Shown here in pieces: positions 53,244 through 63,098 of a stretch of DNA of 64,000 bases. A model generated the notes under the pieces. The model was given only the letters and a program-made list of their open reading frames with translations. It did no database searches and was not told where the DNA came from. The stretch covers positions 20,856 through 84,855 of the forward strand of contig CAYZXS010000002.1 in NCBI GenBank assembly GCA_964482495.1, given 5' to 3'. How positions within the stretch are numbered: position 1 is the first letter of the stretch; every line of letters starts with the position of its first letter. Source of the DNA: an uncultured Planctomycetales bacterium (GTDB lineage Bacteria > Planctomycetota > UBA1135). The translations under genes were made by a program, and so were the position numbers.

Positions 53244-54100
53244 ATCTTGGCCTCCCAGCTGCGGCTGAGCTCGATGATCTGCATCACGGAGGCGGTGTCG
53301 ACCAGGTCCTCGCCGCTGATCGCCTGGCAGGCGTTGATGGCGGCCAGCTTGATGACGTTGTCCGGGTCCCGCAGCACCGGCTTCAGGCCGGCGAGCTGGG
53401 TCGGGCCGCCGACCAGCTCGAACAGGCGCAGGGCAGCCAGCTTGTCCGCGCGGCCCTTGGCGGCCCGGATCAGGCCTGCGGCCTGGACCGACAGCGGGCC
53501 GCGCTCGATCTTGGCGAAGTCCGCGCGCAGCCGGTCGCGGTTCTCGCCCCAGTCGTCGGCGGTCGCGGCGAGCAGCGCCGGCAGGCCGCGGTCGTCCTCG
53601 CGCCAGGCCAGGCCGCGGGCGGCCTCGTAGGCCTCGCGGCCGCCCGCGGGCGCCCCCTCCAGCCGGGCGGCGAGCAGGGCGCCGGCGTCCTCGCGGCGGC
53701 TGTCGGCGATCCGCCGGACCAGGTAGACCCTGGCCTCGGGGGCGGTCTTCTTGCCGACCTCCTTCCAGGCCAGGTCGAGGTCGGCGTCCTCCAGCACGCC
53801 GTCGAGCACCGCGACCAGGTAGGGCAGGCGCTTGGCGTCGACCTTGCTCCAGTAGGCGATCGCCGCCGGGACCACGGCCGCGCCTTCCGCGATCAGGGAG
53901 TCGCGAGCGGCCTCGGCGGTCGGCAGCTTCTTCGACTTGCGGACCTCGTAGAGCCAGCCCTCGACCTTCTTCTTGGCCGGGCCCTTGAGCTTGGGGAAGG
54001 CGCGCTTCTCGGCCTTCTTCGGCGCCTCGGCGGCGGGCGGGTCCTGCGGCGGAGCCAGCAGCGGTGCGGCGGGGAGAGCGAGCAGGAGGGCGGCGATCAT
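53240..54100 (-). CDS. Hypothetical secreted alpha-helical (HEAT-like) protein
   Basis: The internal ATG (54098-54100) gives MIAALLLALPAAPLLAPPQD. The rest looks like a helical repeat. There are ATGA overlaps at both ends. Confidence 0.65.
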   Translation of the reverse strand: MIAALLLALPAAPLLAPPQDPPAAEAPKKAEKRAFPKLKGPAKKKVEGWLYEVRKSKKLPTAEAARDSLIAEGAAVVPAAIAYWSKVDAKRLPYLVAVLDGVLEDADLDLAWKEVGKKTAPEARVYLVRRIADSRREDAGALLAARLEGAPAGGREAYEAARGLAWREDDRGLPALLAATADDWGENRDRLRADFAKIERGPLSVQAAGLIRAAKGRADKLAALRLFELVGGPTQLAGLKPVLRDPDNVIKLAAINACQAISGEDLVDTASVMQIIELSRSWEAKI

Positions 54101-54762
54101 GAGGACTCCGCGGCCACGCGGCCGTTCCGGAAGTGGAAGGGGAGGCGCCGGATGCGCTCCGGCGAGCCTCCCAGGGGCAGTGTATTCCAAGCCTGGCGGG
54201 CGCGCTCCCGGGCCGCGTCGTCGCCCACGGGGAAGCGCAGGCGGATCAGGGTGACGCTGGCGCGGTTCCGCGGGCCCTCGCCGCGCTCCTCGAGCCGCAG
54301 CACCTCCCAGCCGTGGACCGTCATCACCGGCCCGGTCCACTCGCCGGGCTCGAGCGCGGCGAGGGCGGCCGCCGTCCGGCCGCTGCGCAGCTCGAAGGGG
54401 CTGGGGGCGGAGGGGCCCTCGACGATCGCCTTCTCGGGATCCAGCTGGCGCTCCCGGGCCAGGTCGGCGAAGTCCTCCCCGGCGGCCACCCGGCCGGCCC
54501 AGCGCTCGGCCTCGGCCCGGGCCGCGGCGCTCTGGTCGGCGAATTCGCCGTGGAGCAGCCAGGCGGGCCCGAATCCGCCGTTCAGGATGTGCCAAGTCAG
54601 GGAATCTTCGCCCCACTGGGGAAAACTCCCCTTCATCTCCTGGACCGCGGTGTCGATAGCTACACCAGGAATCCAAGCGTCTCCGAGGGCGATTCCGTCC
54701 CGCTCGCCGCTACAGGCGGCGAGCAGGGGCGGGAGGGTCAAGAGGAGGGTGGCCGTTCTCAC
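54097..54762 (-). CDS. Lipoprotein with a degenerate parvulin-like (PpiC) domain
   Basis: The lipobox is LLLTLPPLLAAC. GEDFADLARERQ...LEPGEWTGPVMTVHGWEVLRLEE resembles the PPIC rotamase pattern. Confidence 0.6.
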   Translation of the reverse strand: MRTATLLLTLPPLLAACSGERDGIALGDAWIPGVAIDTAVQEMKGSFPQWGEDSLTWHILNGGFGPAWLLHGEFADQSAAARAEAERWAGRVAAGEDFADLARERQLDPEKAIVEGPSAPSPFELRSGRTAAALAALEPGEWTGPVMTVHGWEVLRLEERGEGPRNRASVTLIRLRFPVGDDAARERARQAWNTLPLGGSPERIRRLPFHFRNGRVAAESS

Positions 54763-54827
54763 GGAATGCCATTATCGGTTCTGCGGAAGCTCCGTAGAAT
54801 GTTGCGCTTCCCTGGTTTCGAGAAAGC

Positions 54828-56486
54828 ATGTCGACCCGCATCCTCCACCATTTCGCCGCCGCCCTGCTGGGCGGAATCGCTCTCCTCAGCGGCCCCGCTG
54901 CCGCTGCCGCCCCTCAGGGCGTCGACCTCGGGATCTCCGCTGAGCAGGCGGCCCAGGTCGGCCCCGAAGGCATCCGCTACGACGAAGACGTCAAGCGCGC
55001 CCTGATCTTCTCAGCCGGCTCCCAGCTGCTGATGCAGTCCACGGTCCAGGCCCTGATCGAGGGCGAGGTCGAGCGCCGCCGCGCCGCTGGCATCGACGTC
55101 TCGCACTGCGTGGTCGACGAGGCCACCATCGACGCCCGGATCGCGGCCCTGATGAAGGCCTTCACCGAGAAGAACCCCGGCGTGGACTTCTGGAACACGG
55201 TCGAGGCCATGGGCAACACCCGCGAGACCTACCGCGAGGAGATCTCCCGGATGATCCTGGTCGACCAGCTGTTCTTCCCGGCTGACCCCGCCAAGTGGCC
55301 CATGGACCTGCTGCAGGAGATCTTCGGGCCGCCCGAGGCCGAAGACGGCGCCGACGCCGCGGAAGCGGCCGAGGGGGAGGAGGGCGGCTTCGCCGCCGCG
55401 CCCCAGGCCCAGGACATGATGACCCAGTCGGTCATGCCGACCTACGAGGAGGCCAAGAAGGCCTTCGAGGCCGGCGAGCCCTTCGAGGTCGGCGGCTTCG
55501 TCGCCCAGTACATCCTGCGCCCGGGCGTCATGCGCTGGCTCATGGAGAAGGCCGAGATCGTCGAGCCCTTCGAGGGCCTGCCCGCCGGCGTCGCCCTGCG
55601 GGTGAACGGCAAGGACTTCACCACTGACGCGCTGCTGGCGAAGATCGAGCCGCTGGTCGGCCCCGTCGAGCTCGAGCGTTCGCGGATGCTGGTGGACGTG
55701 CTCTGGAGGGTCCAGGGCGCGCTGGCCGCCAAGGGCGCCCTCTTGAGCGTCGAGCAGTGCCAGGAGCGGATCGCCGCCGAGCGCAAGGAGTACGAGGGCT
55801 CGGTGATCGGCTACGAGCAGATGCAGCTGCAGTTCCTCGGCTTCCCGTCGATGGAGGTCTTCCACCGCATCTTCCGGCTGCGGCAGTCCTACAAGGACCT
55901 GATGGGTGAGATCACCCCCGAGCAGTTCTCTGCCCACATCGCGGCCCGGGAGAGCTTCCTCGCCCAAGGCAAGGCCGACGCCGAGGTCATCTACTTCGCC
56001 GCCCGCGACATGAGCAACGGCACCTACGCCAAGGAGGGCGACCCCTTCGGCGAGGCCAAGGCCCGCGCCGACAAGGCCGCCTCCGAGCTCGCCGCCGGCG
56101 CCGACTGGGCCACGGTGCTGCTCAAGTACTGCGACCTGCCCGAGGCCTTCCCCGGTTCGCAGCCCGGCATGCCGGCGCCTAACCGCGGCCGCTTCGGCGC
56201 CATGCCGCGCAACCAGGTCCGCGACTTCCTGGGCGAGAACGACTACTTCGACTTCCTCTACGGCATGTCCGTCGGCGACCTGGTCTTCTTCGACGCCGAG
56301 CCGGGCACGATCTACGGCCCGGTCATGGGCCCGACCGGCTGGTGCATCTACAAGCTGAACCGCCGGGTGCCGCCGGAGACCGCCCTGGACTTCGCCAACA
56401 ACCCGCGTCATCAGTACCTGGTGAACGACGACCTCCTGAACGTGCGCTTCTTCGGCTTCGTCGACGAAGTGATGGCGTCCGAGTAA
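54828..56486 (+). CDS. Secreted SurA/PrsA-like chaperone with a C-terminal parvulin-type PPIase domain
   Basis: A signal peptide is present. The C-terminus reads AGADWATVLLKYCDLPE...RGRFGAMPRNQVRDFLG...GDLVFFDAEPGTIYGPVMGPTGWCIYKL. Confidence 0.7.
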   Translation: MSTRILHHFAAALLGGIALLSGPAAAAAPQGVDLGISAEQAAQVGPEGIRYDEDVKRALIFSAGSQLLMQSTVQALIEGEVERRRAAGIDVSHCVVDEATIDARIAALMKAFTEKNPGVDFWNTVEAMGNTRETYREEISRMILVDQLFFPADPAKWPMDLLQEIFGPPEAEDGADAAEAAEGEEGGFAAAPQAQDMMTQSVMPTYEEAKKAFEAGEPFEVGGFVAQYILRPGVMRWLMEKAEIVEPFEGLPAGVALRVNGKDFTTDALLAKIEPLVGPVELERSRMLVDVLWRVQGALAAKGALLSVEQCQERIAAERKEYEGSVIGYEQMQLQFLGFPSMEVFHRIFRLRQSYKDLMGEITPEQFSAHIAARESFLAQGKADAEVIYFAARDMSNGTYAKEGDPFGEAKARADKAASELAAGADWATVLLKYCDLPEAFPGSQPGMPAPNRGRFGAMPRNQVRDFLGENDYFDFLYGMSVGDLVFFDAEPGTIYGPVMGPTGWCIYKLNRRVPPETALDFANNPRHQYLVNDDLLNVRFFGFVDEVMASE

Positions 56487-56511
56487 GGCGCAGGCGACAA
56501 TCGCCCGGGCT

Positions 56512-58380
56512 TTGGCCCGCCAGAAGACCGGATTCCGAGACACCTACCGCCGGATGCTGCCGTACTTGCGGCGGTACCGGCGGCAGGCCGTTCTGACCAT
56601 CGTCCTCGGGGCGGTGGCCGCCCTCGGCGGGCAGGCGAACCTGGCGCTGGTCAAGCCGCTGGTGAAGCGGCTGTTCCCGGACGTCCCGGCCGCGGCCACC
56701 GGCGAGGCCACGGTCCTTGAGAGCTTCGACCTGTGGGTGGACGAGCGCCTCGCCGGGGTGCAGCTGTTCGGCCTCAGCCCCGACGGCAGCGCCGTGGTGG
56801 CGGTCGCCTCCGCCCTGCTGCTGAGCGCGCTGGTCTTCTCGCTGATCCAGTACGCCTTCCTGCGGCTCTCGCGCATGCTCGGGGTGTGGATGATCGCCGA
56901 CCTGCGCCAGGACCTGGCCCGCCACGTGCTCCGGCTGGGCATGCGCTACCACTCCGGGCGCCGGCTCGGCGACCTGCTGTCCCGGCTCACGGCCGACGTC
57001 GGCACCAGCCTGCGCCTGCTGACCCTGATCGTGGAGGAGCTGATCCAGGAGCCCTTCAAGATCCTCGGCGCCCTGACCATGGCCTTCTTCGCCGCGCCGG
57101 CGGCCACCCTCGGCATGCTGCTGTTCCTGCCCATCCTGGCGCTGCCGGTGCTGGTACTGGGCCCGAAGGTGCGCAAGCGCAGCCAGAAGTCGCTGGCCAA
57201 GCTCGGCGACACCACCCAGGCGATGACCCAGATGTTCTCCGGCATCCGGGTGGTCAAGGCCTTCCGAATGGAGGAGCGGGAGACCGAGGAATTCCGCCGC
57301 GTCAATCAGGAGTTCGTCCACCAGACCGAGCGCATGGTCAAGGCCCAGGCGACCAGCCTGTCGGTGACCAACTTCCTGGCCCAAGGAGGCATCGGCGTCG
57401 CCATCGGCCTGATCGCGCTGGCTAACCACATGATGGACGGCGGCCTGTTCACGGACACCAGCTCCCTGATGGTGTTCTTCCTCGCCACGGGCTTCCTGTT
57501 CACCGGCGTCAAGCGGCTGACCAAGGCGGTGTCGATCATCTACACCTCGATGGGCGCCACCGAGCGCGTCTTCGAGGTCCTGGACCTGGAGCCGGAGATC
57601 CCGGAGAAGGGCGAGGACCGGCCCTTCGCCGGCCTGGAAGGCGAGATCCGCTTCGAAGCCGTCGGCTTCGACTACGGCACCGGCGACGGCCCGGCGGTGC
57701 AGGACATCAGCTTTAGGGTGAAGCGCGGCGAGCGGGTGGCCCTGGTCGGCAGCTCCGGCGCCGGCAAGAGCACCCTGATGGACCTGGTGGCGCGCTTCTA
57801 CGACCCGACCGAGGGCCGGATCCTGGTCGACGGCGTCGACCTGCGCGAGCTCAAGGTGGCCGACTGGCTGGACCGAATGGCGATGGTCGGCCAGCAGCCC
57901 TTCCTGTTCCAGACCAGCCTGCGCGAGAACGTGCGATACGGCCGCCCAGAGGCCTCACCGGAGGAGGTCGAGCAGGCCTGCCGCGCCGCCAACCTCGACG
58001 ACTTCGTCGCCAGCCTGCCGCAGGGCCTGGACACCCAGGCCGGCGAGGCCGGCACCCGGCTCAGCGGCGGCCAAGCGCAGCGGGTGACGATCGCCCGCGC
58101 CATCCTGCGCGACGCCGACGTGCTGCTGCTGGACGAGGCCACCAGCGCCCTCGACTCCGAGTCCGAGCGACGGGTGCAGGCGGCGCTCGAGGTGCTGATC
58201 GCTGGCCGGACGACCTTCGCCATCGCCCACCGCCTCAGCACCATCCGCAGCGCCGACCGGATCCTGGTCCTGGACCAGGGCCGGATCGCCGAGGACGGCA
58301 GCCACGACCAGCTGGTCGCCCAGGGCGGCATCTACGCCAAGATGTGGCAGCTCCAGGCCGAAGGCGGCGGAGCGGACTGA
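56512..58380 (+). CDS. ABC transporter, fused permease/ATPase (MsbA-like exporter)
   Basis: The start is a TTG (an alternative ATG lies at 56554). A six-TM domain is followed by Walker A GSSGAGKST, the signature LSGGQAQRVTIARA and Walker B LLLDEATSALD. Confidence 0.9.
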   Translation: MARQKTGFRDTYRRMLPYLRRYRRQAVLTIVLGAVAALGGQANLALVKPLVKRLFPDVPAAATGEATVLESFDLWVDERLAGVQLFGLSPDGSAVVAVASALLLSALVFSLIQYAFLRLSRMLGVWMIADLRQDLARHVLRLGMRYHSGRRLGDLLSRLTADVGTSLRLLTLIVEELIQEPFKILGALTMAFFAAPAATLGMLLFLPILALPVLVLGPKVRKRSQKSLAKLGDTTQAMTQMFSGIRVVKAFRMEERETEEFRRVNQEFVHQTERMVKAQATSLSVTNFLAQGGIGVAIGLIALANHMMDGGLFTDTSSLMVFFLATGFLFTGVKRLTKAVSIIYTSMGATERVFEVLDLEPEIPEKGEDRPFAGLEGEIRFEAVGFDYGTGDGPAVQDISFRVKRGERVALVGSSGAGKSTLMDLVARFYDPTEGRILVDGVDLRELKVADWLDRMAMVGQQPFLFQTSLRENVRYGRPEASPEEVEQACRAANLDDFVASLPQGLDTQAGEAGTRLSGGQAQRVTIARAILRDADVLLLDEATSALDSESERRVQAALEVLIAGRTTFAIAHRLSTIRSADRILVLDQGRIAEDGSHDQLVAQGGIYAKMWQLQAEGGGAD

Positions 58381-58385
58381 GCGGC

Positions 58386-58874
58386 TCAGGCCCCGGAGGA
58401 CCCGACCAGCACCACGGCCTGGACGTCGACCCGGCCGCCGTCCCCGCCCTCGGTGGTCTTGCCCTTCAGGTTGACCCGGTCCAGCGGCAGGTCGAGCAGC
58501 GCCGCGAGCGCGGCCCGGATCCGCGGCCGCGCCGGCGCGATCTTCGGCCGGTCGCAGATCACCACGAGGTCGGCCGACAGCGGCCGCAGCCCCCGCTCGC
58601 CGAGCTGGCGCAGCGCCTCGGTCAGGAAGGCGGCGGAGTCCGCGTCCTTCCAGGCCGGGTCGGTGTCCGGGAACAGGCTGCCGAGGTCGTCCAGGCCGGC
58701 GGCGCCGAGCAGGGCGTCGGTGAGCGCGTGCAGCACGGCGTCGCCGTCGCTGTGGCCAGCCGGTCCGACCGGGCAGTCGAGGTCGACGCCGCCGAGGCGG
58801 CAGGGGCGGCCGGCTTCGAGGCGGTGGCGGTCCCAGCCGAGGCCGATGCGGGGGGCGTGGGGGAGGTCGGTCAT
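58386..58874 (-). CDS. ispF: 2-C-methyl-D-erythritol 2,4-cyclodiphosphate synthase
   Basis: The sequence is RIGLGWDRHRL...GHSDGDAVLHALTDALLGAAGLDDLGSLFPDTD. It has an ATGA overlap with ispD. Confidence 0.9.
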   Translation of the reverse strand: MTDLPHAPRIGLGWDRHRLEAGRPCRLGGVDLDCPVGPAGHSDGDAVLHALTDALLGAAGLDDLGSLFPDTDPAWKDADSAAFLTEALRQLGERGLRPLSADLVVICDRPKIAPARPRIRAALAALLDLPLDRVNLKGKTTEGGDGGRVDVQAVVLVGSSGA

Positions 58875-59578
58875 CCGGGCTGGGCGCGGGCGCGGCTCTG
58901 GAGCAGGGCCTCGGCGAGGGCCAGGTCGGCGGCGGTGGTGATCTTGGCGTTGTCGGTCGGGGCGGGGACCAGGGCGGGGGGGTGGCCGGCGGCCTCCAGC
59001 AGCATGGCCTCGTCGGTGGGCAGGCCGTCGCCGGGCTGCCAGCGGGCGAAGGCCTCGAGCAGCCAGTCGCGGCGGCCGCCCTGCGGGGTCTGGGCCGCCC
59101 ACAGGCCGTCGCGGTCCACCGTCGCGGCGACCGCGCCGTCGCCGCCGGCCCGCTTGAGGGTGTCGGCCACCGGCGCCGCGGCCAGGGCGGCGCCGCGTTC
59201 GCGCGCGGCGGCGGCGACGGCGTCGAAGAGCTCGGCACGGACCAGGGCGCGGGCGGCGTCGTGGACCAGCAGCAGCGGCAGGCCAGGGTCGGCGGCTTGG
59301 CAGCCGGCGCGGCTCGACAGCCAGCGCTCCTCGCCGCCGCTCACCACCCGGTCGGCGCCGAGCTGCGCAGGGCTGCAGCGCCAGCGCTGCTCGAGGGCAG
59401 CGACGTCCTCGGGCATCATCACCAGCACCACCTCGGCGACGGCGGCGGCCTCTCGGGCCGCCCGCAGCGAGCGCGCCAGCAGCGGCTCGCCGCCGAGCTC
59501 GAGCAGCGCCTTGTTGCCGCGGCCGAGCCGGCGGCCGCGCCCGGCGGCGAGCACGATGACGGCGGTGTCCGGCTCCAT
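58871..59578 (-). CDS. ispD: 2-C-methyl-D-erythritol 4-phosphate cytidylyltransferase
   Basis: AVIVLAAGRGRRLGRGNKALLELGGEPLL... and VLVHDAARAL match IspD. Confidence 0.9.
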   Translation of the reverse strand: MEPDTAVIVLAAGRGRRLGRGNKALLELGGEPLLARSLRAAREAAAVAEVVLVMMPEDVAALEQRWRCSPAQLGADRVVSGGEERWLSSRAGCQAADPGLPLLLVHDAARALVRAELFDAVAAAARERGAALAAAPVADTLKRAGGDGAVAATVDRDGLWAAQTPQGGRRDWLLEAFARWQPGDGLPTDEAMLLEAAGHPPALVPAPTDNAKITTAADLALAEALLQSRARAQPG

Positions 59579-59614
59579 GGCCGGGATTCTAGCGGGATGG
59601 GCTAGGATGCCGGG

Positions 59615-60157
59615 GTGACTGCCCTCCGCGTTCTCGGCGTCGACCCCGGCACCGTCGTCGCCGGCTGGGGCGTGCTGGAGGCCGCGCCGCCCACGCCCGC
59701 CGTTCGCCTCGGCTCGGGCGTCTGGAAGCTGGGCGGGCGCCAGGCCTCCGCGGACCGCCTGCTGGTCCTCCGGCGCGAGCTGGAGCAGGCCTTGGAGCGT
59801 TGGCAGCCCGACCTGCTGGCGGTCGAGGCGGCCTTCTTCGGCCGCAACGCCCGCTCGGCCCTGCGGCTGGGGGAGGCCCGCGGAGTGATCCTGGTGGGCG
59901 CCGCCGCCGCCGGCGTCGCCATCGAGGAGATCCCGCCGGCCCTGGTCAAGCGGCGGGTCGGTGGCAGCGGCGTCGTCAGTAAGGAGGGCATGGCCGCCCT
60001 GGTCGCGGCCCAGCTCGGGATGGAACCCCGCTTCGCCTCCTTCGACGAGTCCGACGCCCTCTCGGTGGCTCTTTGCGCGGTCCTAGAACGGCAGGTTCCC
60101 GAGGCGGATTTTGGGCATAATGGAGGGGGGCTTCCGCGTGGGGCGGGGTTCCAATGA
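59615..60157 (+). CDS. ruvC: Crossover junction endodeoxyribonuclease RuvC
   Basis: The start is a GTG. The sequence includes VLGVDPGTVVAGWGVLE...LAVEAAFFGRNARSALRLGEARGV...SKEGMAALV...ESDALSVALC. Confidence 0.9.
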   Translation: MTALRVLGVDPGTVVAGWGVLEAAPPTPAVRLGSGVWKLGGRQASADRLLVLRRELEQALERWQPDLLAVEAAFFGRNARSALRLGEARGVILVGAAAAGVAIEEIPPALVKRRVGGSGVVSKEGMAALVAAQLGMEPRFASFDESDALSVALCAVLERQVPEADFGHNGGGLPRGAGFQ

Positions 60158-60158
60158 G

Positions 60159-60902
60159 ATGCCTGAACACTGGAGCGCTGAGGATTTGCTGCGCAGCCTG
60201 CGCCGCCGGCCGGCCGCGCTCGAGCCGGGGCTGCGCTTCCTCGACGAGCCGCTGATCTACGCCCCCGAGCTCCGCGTCGAGCTCTGCGGCGAGGACCTGC
60301 TCGGCCGTCCGGTGATGGTGCTGCCGGTGGAGTCCCAGGACGGCAGCCTGTGCGACCGGCTGCTGGCCCTGGTGGCCAAGCAGCGCAGCCAGCAGCACCG
60401 CTTCTCGGCCTGGTTCTCGCGTCCCGGCGAGCCGCGGGCGCTGCTGATCGGCGAGCACTACTCCTCCCACCTGCTGGACCGCTTGGAGCTGCTGCGGGCG
60501 GCGGTCCCGGTGCGCTCCTACCTGGTCGAGGTCGGCGGCTCGGAGGAGGAGCCGGAGCCGGTCTTCCGGCTCCACGCCGAGGGCATCGCGGAGGACTGGG
60601 ACGGGCTGCTCGCCGGCCTCGACCCGACCCAGCAGCGCCTGGCCCGGCGCCTGGTCCACGCCGCGGACGCGATCCACCCGCCGGTCCAGATCGTGGGCGA
60701 CGCCTGGCCGTTGTTGCTGGCCGGCCGGCACGGCCTCTTCGCCAGCCTGCACCGCGCCGGCGAGGGCCTGCAGCTGGCATGGCTCGGTGAAGGTCGCCAG
60801 CGCCAGGTGCTCGAGCTGCTCGACGACGCCGCCGTGGACCTGGCGATCGATGTCCTGCTCCGGGTCCAGTCCGACCCGATCGCGGTCCAGGTCGAGGCGT
60901 AA
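60159..60902 (+). CDS. Hypothetical protein (247 aa) immediately downstream of ruvC
   Basis: The ATG lies 1 nt after the ruvC stop. Codon bias is consistent along the ORF. I recognise no family. Confidence 0.6.
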   Translation: MPEHWSAEDLLRSLRRRPAALEPGLRFLDEPLIYAPELRVELCGEDLLGRPVMVLPVESQDGSLCDRLLALVAKQRSQQHRFSAWFSRPGEPRALLIGEHYSSHLLDRLELLRAAVPVRSYLVEVGGSEEEPEPVFRLHAEGIAEDWDGLLAGLDPTQQRLARRLVHAADAIHPPVQIVGDAWPLLLAGRHGLFASLHRAGEGLQLAWLGEGRQRQVLELLDDAAVDLAIDVLLRVQSDPIAVQVEA

Positions 60903-60932
60903 CCGCCAGCCCTCGAGACCGTCTGCCTCGGC

Positions 60933-61283
60933 GTGGCAGGGTCTCGGCGAGCGGAGCGGGCGCTGGCGGCGGTGCTCTTGGTGGCCGCGGTCCGGGGCTT
61001 GGCGCTGGAGCTCGCGCCGCCCCCGGCCGACCTCCTGGACCCGGTGGGCGGCGCCGACGGCGTCCTGCCCGACCTCGACCACGACGGCTGGATCCCGCTG
61101 AGCTGGTTGCCCGGGGTCGGCGCCGACCGGGCCCGGCAGGTGGTCGCCCAGCGGGCCCAGCTGGGCCTGCCGCTGACCCCGGCGAGGCTGCGCCTGCTGG
61201 ATGGCATCGGCGATCAGACCGCCCTGGAAGTGGAGCAGTGGTACCGCCGCGCCGGTCGCGGCCCGCCCCTCGAGCCGGGCTAG
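60933..61283 (+). CDS. ComEA-like helix-hairpin-helix DNA-binding protein
   Basis: The start is a GTG and an N-terminal TM anchor is present. SWLPGVGADRARQVVAQR and LRLLDGIGDQTALEVEQW look like two HhH motifs. Confidence 0.55.
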   Translation: MAGSRRAERALAAVLLVAAVRGLALELAPPPADLLDPVGGADGVLPDLDHDGWIPLSWLPGVGADRARQVVAQRAQLGLPLTPARLRLLDGIGDQTALEVEQWYRRAGRGPPLEPG

Positions 61284-61284
61284 A

Positions 61285-62142
61285 ATGGCCCGGATGGAGC
61301 CGCCTCCTGACGTCCTTCGAGCGGTGCTGAGCGCCCTGGCCGAGGACCGGACCGACCACGATGCGACCACCCTGGCCCTGGTGCCGGCCGAGCGCCGAGC
61401 CCGCGGCCGGGTCGTGTGCCGGGCGGACGGGGTCCTGAGCGGCTGCGACTACGCGGCCGCCGCCTTCTCGGCCTGCGACCCGGCGATCGAGCTGGAGTGG
61501 CTGGCGGGGGAGGGTTCGGCGGTCCAGGACGGCGAGGAGGTGCTGCGCGTGGCCGGCCCGGCCCGGGGCCTGCTGGCGGCCGAGCGGACGGCCCTGAACT
61601 TCCTGCAGCAGCTCAGCGGCGTCGCCTCCGCGACCGCGGCGCTGGTGGCCGCCGTCGGCCCCGGGGTCCGGGTGCTCGACACCCGCAAGACCGTGCCCGG
61701 CCTCCGTGACGCCCAGAAGCGGGCCGTGCTGGCCGGCGGCGGGGTCAATCACCGGCGCGACCTCGAGGACCAGCTCCTGCTGAAGGAGAACCACTTCGCG
61801 ATGTCCGGCCTGGGTTATGCCGAGGCCGTGCGCCAGGCCCGCGAGGGCGCCGGCGGTCGGCCGGTCGGGGTCGAGGCCGACACCGAGGAGCAGGCGGTGC
61901 TAGCCCTCGAGGAAGGCGCGGACTACGTGCTGCTCGACAACTTCGAGGCCGAGACCCTGCCGGAGGTCGCCGCCCGGCTGCGCCGCCGCTTTCCGGACGC
62001 CCAGCTCGAGGTCAGCGGCGGCGTCCGGCTGGAGAGCGCCGGCCGGCTGCGGGGCGCCGGGGTGGACCGGGTCTCGGTCGGCTGGCTGACCCACTCGGCG
62101 CCGGCCCTCGACCTGTCCTTCTACCTGGAGCCCGCTCCTTGA
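61285..62142 (+). CDS. nadC: Nicotinate-nucleotide diphosphorylase (quinolinate phosphoribosyltransferase)
   Basis: The ATG is at 61285. The sequence includes LAAERTALNFLQQLSGVAS...VLDTRKTVPGLRDAQKRAVLAGGGVNHR...LLKENH...VSVGWLTHSAP. Confidence 0.9.
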   Translation: MARMEPPPDVLRAVLSALAEDRTDHDATTLALVPAERRARGRVVCRADGVLSGCDYAAAAFSACDPAIELEWLAGEGSAVQDGEEVLRVAGPARGLLAAERTALNFLQQLSGVASATAALVAAVGPGVRVLDTRKTVPGLRDAQKRAVLAGGGVNHRRDLEDQLLLKENHFAMSGLGYAEAVRQAREGAGGRPVGVEADTEEQAVLALEEGADYVLLDNFEAETLPEVAARLRRRFPDAQLEVSGGVRLESAGRLRGAGVDRVSVGWLTHSAPALDLSFYLEPAP

Positions 62143-62576
62143 GCGAGGCCTGGGTCGCCGCCTTCTCCGCTCCCGCCCGCGGCGAGGAGCTGCCCGGGCT
62201 GCGGCGGCGGGTCCAGGCCCGGTTGGCTGCTGAAGGCGCCGCCCGCCAGGTGGTCGAGCGGGTCGGGGTCCTGGTCTCGGAGCTGGCGCACAACGCCGTC
62301 GAGGCCGACTGCCGGCGCGGCCGCGTGCACGTGGTGCTGAGGCGGGAGCCCCGGCGGCTGCGGCTGAGCGTCGAGTGCTGCGATAACCACGACTTCGAGC
62401 GCCTGGCCCGCGGACTGGCGCGCGCCGAGCGGCCGCCCCGGCCGGAGCAAGAGCGCGGCCGCGGCCTCTGGCTGGTGCGCGGCATGTCGCGCGAGCTCCG
62501 GGTCGAGAAGGGCCGCGGCGGCTGGGTGCGGCTGGCCATGGTGGTGCGCGAGGACGGCGACGGGGAGGGCGCGTGA
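62139..62576 (+). CDS. HATPase_c-type anti-sigma regulatory factor (RsbW/SpoIIAB-like Ser kinase)
   Basis: The TTG start overlaps the nadC stop. The N-box is SELAHNAVEA and the G-box is GRGLWLVRGMS. Confidence 0.6.
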   Translation: MSEAWVAAFSAPARGEELPGLRRRVQARLAAEGAARQVVERVGVLVSELAHNAVEADCRRGRVHVVLRREPRRLRLSVECCDNHDFERLARGLARAERPPRPEQERGRGLWLVRGMSRELRVEKGRGGWVRLAMVVREDGDGEGA

Positions 62577-63076
62577 CCGGCTCGCTGTTCGCCCGGCTGT
62601 GCGGCTTCGCCTGGTGGCTGCGCCTGGCCGGCTTCGCCTCCTGCCTCGGGCTGCTGGTGCTGGCTTCCTTCCTGGCGCCGGAGGGCGCCGCCGAGGTCGC
62701 CACGCCTTACCTCCGGAACCTGGCCCACGCGCCGCTGTTCGGCCTGTTCGCCCTCAGTTTCCTGGTGCTCTCCGGTCCGCAGGCCCCGCTCCGGCCCCGG
62801 AGCTGGGCGCTGGCCATGGGCCTGGTGCTGGTCGCCGGCTTCCTGGACGAGTGGCACCAGCTCTACGTCCCCGGCCGCGGCTCCGACGCCAAGGACGTCG
62901 TCACCGACCTGCTCGGCGGGCTGATCAGCCTGCTGCTGGCGGCCTGGGCGGCGCGCACCCCCCTGTGCTTGCGCCGCGGCCTGCTGCCCCTGGGAGGCGC
63001 CGTCGCCGCCTTGTTCTTGTGGGGGTTGGTCGTGACTGACGGCCCCTTGACCCCGCTGCCCTTCGTCCAGCCCTGA
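62573..63076 (+). CDS. VanZ-family membrane protein
   Basis: It has a GTGA overlap with the upstream gene. There are four TM helices, and the VanZ motif is GFLDEWHQLYVPGRGSDAKDVVTDLLGG. Confidence 0.75.
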   Translation: MTGSLFARLCGFAWWLRLAGFASCLGLLVLASFLAPEGAAEVATPYLRNLAHAPLFGLFALSFLVLSGPQAPLRPRSWALAMGLVLVAGFLDEWHQLYVPGRGSDAKDVVTDLLGGLISLLLAAWAARTPLCLRRGLLPLGGAVAALFLWGLVVTDGPLTPLPFVQP

Positions 63077-63098
63077 AACCACGACCGCGCTGAACCCG

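Noticed and set aside
54763-54827. Divergent promoter region between the two parvulin-like genes, with a TAGAAT hexamer.
   Set aside because: I could not find a convincing -35 element at proper spacing. The evidence is too weak to report as a feature.
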